This document shows positions 62,280 to 64,000 of a DNA stretch of 64,000 nucleotides, piece by piece. The first letter of the stretch is position 1. The number at the start of each line of letters is the position of its first letter. The DNA is taken from positions 1,132-65,131 of the forward strand of contig CADCIN010000005.1 of NCBI GenBank assembly GCA_902801525.1, written 5' to 3'. Under the pieces are notes generated by a model. The model worked only from the letters and a program-made list of their open reading frames with translations. It ran no database searches and was not told the origin of the DNA. The DNA comes from an uncultured Erysipelotrichaceae bacterium (lineage in GTDB: Bacteria; Bacillota_I; Bacilli_A; RF39; UBA660). Both the position numbers and the translations under genes were made by a program.

Positions 62280-62528
62280 ATGAATTTAGTAGAATTAACA
62301 GAATCAATAGTTAAATCAATTGTTATTGATGAAGATGCTGTTAGCGTAAAAGAATTTCCAACTGACGAAGAAAATACTATCTTAATCCAAGTAATTATTG
62401 CTGAACAAGATATGGGTAGAGTTATTGGAAAAGAAGGAAGAACAGCAAATGCTATTAGAACTTTAGTTCAGGCAAGTTCACAACTTAAAGATAATAAATA
62501 TGTTAAAATTAACATAGATAAGTTTTAA
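62280..62528 (+). CDS. khpA: KH-domain RNA-binding protein KhpA
   Basis: DMGRVIGKEGRTANAIR; follows rpsP. Confidence 0.92.
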   Translation: MNLVELTESIVKSIVIDEDAVSVKEFPTDEENTILIQVIIAEQDMGRVIGKEGRTANAIRTLVQASSQLKDNKYVKINIDKF

Positions 62529-62595
62529 GAAAGTTTTAGACTTTCTTTTTTTTCTATCTTGTTATATAATTTTAAATATAAGATGGAGGTCTAAA

Positions 62596-63396
62596 ATGAA
62601 GAAAAGAATAATAAGTGCAATTTTAATGGCTGTAGTATTTGTTCCAATGCTAATAATTGGAGGAACACCATTTTCTATATTCATGACAGGATTAGCAGTA
62701 CTATGTTTATATGAATTATTACATATAAGAGAATCAAGAAAAGATTTTCCTCTAATAGTAAAAATATTTGCATATATAGCAGTAATGTTTTATAGTTTAA
62801 TGAATTATAAATCAAGTACGTTTACATATAATGTAGATTATAGAGTTATGTCATTTTTAATATTTGCATTCTTATCGCCAATGGTATTTATTAATAATAC
62901 TAAAAAATATAATATAAATGATGCTTTATTTTTAACAGGATCAGTATTATTTATAGGATTAAGTTTTAATTTATTAAATATTGTTAGAAACTATGACTTA
63001 ACATATATTTTATATTTATTATTAATAACTATTATGACAGATACATTTGCATTAGTAGCTGGTAAATTAGTTGGTAAACATAAACTATGTCCTGAAATTT
63101 CTCCCAATAAAACAGTTGAAGGACTAATTGGAGGAACACTTATGGGGGTAATTAGTGCTACATGTTTTTATACAACAGTAATCAATGCAACATTACCACT
63201 AGTAATATTAATATTAATTACAACATTATTATCATTAGTAGGTCAATTAGGAGACTTAGTATTCTCAAGTATTAAAAGATATTATGGAAAAAAAGATTTT
63301 TCTGACTTAATTCCAGGACATGGAGGGGTACTTGATAGATTTGATAGCTTAATATTTGTTGCACTAGCAACAATACTATTCTTAGTAATTTTATAA
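62596..63396 (+). CDS. cdsA: Phosphatidate cytidylyltransferase
   Basis: TDTFA, KHKLCPEISPNKTVEG, SSIKR...KDFS.LIPGHGGVLDRFDS. Confidence 0.96.
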   Translation: MKKRIISAILMAVVFVPMLIIGGTPFSIFMTGLAVLCLYELLHIRESRKDFPLIVKIFAYIAVMFYSLMNYKSSTFTYNVDYRVMSFLIFAFLSPMVFINNTKKYNINDALFLTGSVLFIGLSFNLLNIVRNYDLTYILYLLLITIMTDTFALVAGKLVGKHKLCPEISPNKTVEGLIGGTLMGVISATCFYTTVINATLPLVILILITTLLSLVGQLGDLVFSSIKRYYGKKDFSDLIPGHGGVLDRFDSLIFVALATILFLVIL

Positions 63397-63405
63397 GGAG
63401 GAAAT

Positions 63406-64000
63406 ATGTCAATTATACTAAATTTATTATTATTTATATTAATATTAGGCGTAATTGTCTTTATTCATGAATTTGGTCATTTTATCTTTGCTAAGATGAA
63501 TGGTGTATATGTTTATGAATTTGCAATTGGTATGGGTCCTAAATTAATAGGTAAAAAAGGAAAAGAAACAGAATATACATTAAGAGCAATTCCAATCGGT
63601 GGATTTTGTTCACTAGCAGGAGAAGAAGTAGATCAAGATGATATAAAAGTACCAAAAGGAAGAAGACTACAAGATAAGAAAGCATGGCAAAGATTTTTGA
63701 TTATGTTCTTTGGAGCAGGTAATAACTTTATTGGTGCAATTATTATCCTATTATTTATCTCATTAGTATGGGGAGGATCTGACTTAACACCGAGAATATC
63801 ATCAGCAGATATAAAGTATCCTGCAGCTCAAGCTGGTATTGAGAAAAATGATATAATAAAAGAAATAGATGGACATAAGATAAGTACAGTTGATGATATA
63901 TCACTATATTTAACAATTGCTAATCATAAAAAACCAACTACAATAAAAGTGTTAAAAACAAATAATAAAATTAAAACTTATAAAGTAGTTCCAGAAAAGA
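63406..64000 (+). CDS. rseP: RIP metalloprotease RseP (5' part, runs off the window)
   Basis: ATG 63406 after AAGGAGG; HEFGH zinc motif, EFAIGMGP, RAIPIGGF, GAGNN, start of PDZ. Absent from the ORF track because it has no stop in the window. Confidence 0.95.
   Translation, partial: MSIILNLLLFILILGVIVFIHEFGHFIFAKMNGVYVYEFAIGMGPKLIGKKGKETEYTLRAIPIGGFCSLAGEEVDQDDIKVPKGRRLQDKKAWQRFLIMFFGAGNNFIGAIIILLFISLVWGGSDLTPRISSADIKYPAAQAGIEKNDIIKEIDGHKISTVDDISLYLTIANHKKPTTIKVLKTNNKIKTYKVVPEK

Overview
AT-rich chromosomal window from a low-GC, spore-forming Firmicute. The gene style suggests an uncultured RF39-like Bacilli lineage (inference only). It uses genetic code 11. Most of it is + strand housekeeping backbone: tsaB-rimI-tsaD, fmt-rlmN-stp-prkC-rsgA-rpe, pcrA-ligA-gatCAB, ltaS, rpsP-khpA-cdsA-rseP. 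It also carries cell-envelope genes (LCP, GH73-type autolysin, PASTA protein, Wzy-like/GT2, a thioester-domain adhesin with a sortase) and sporulation/germination genes (SleC-type cortex hydrolase, LysM, spoIIAA-sigF-spoVAC/D/E, cotE). The main discovery is a 6,501-bp large-serine-recombinase element (5032-11532). It is inserted precisely, at a 2-bp TC core, into codon 192 of an ABC-transporter ATPase gene whose operon has a sigma-K-like promoter. The element carries parA/parB, its own sigma factor, two structured non-coding regions, an unannotated 33-aa ORF and an internal second attP-like copy, but no replication or transfer genes. It is a candidate skin-like element excised during sporulation, or else a decayed ICE. 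Second highlight: a Spo0A-box-preceded spoIIA operon lacking spoIIAB, whose SpoIIAA has lost the phosphorylatable serine. No rRNA, tRNA or CRISPR array was seen.
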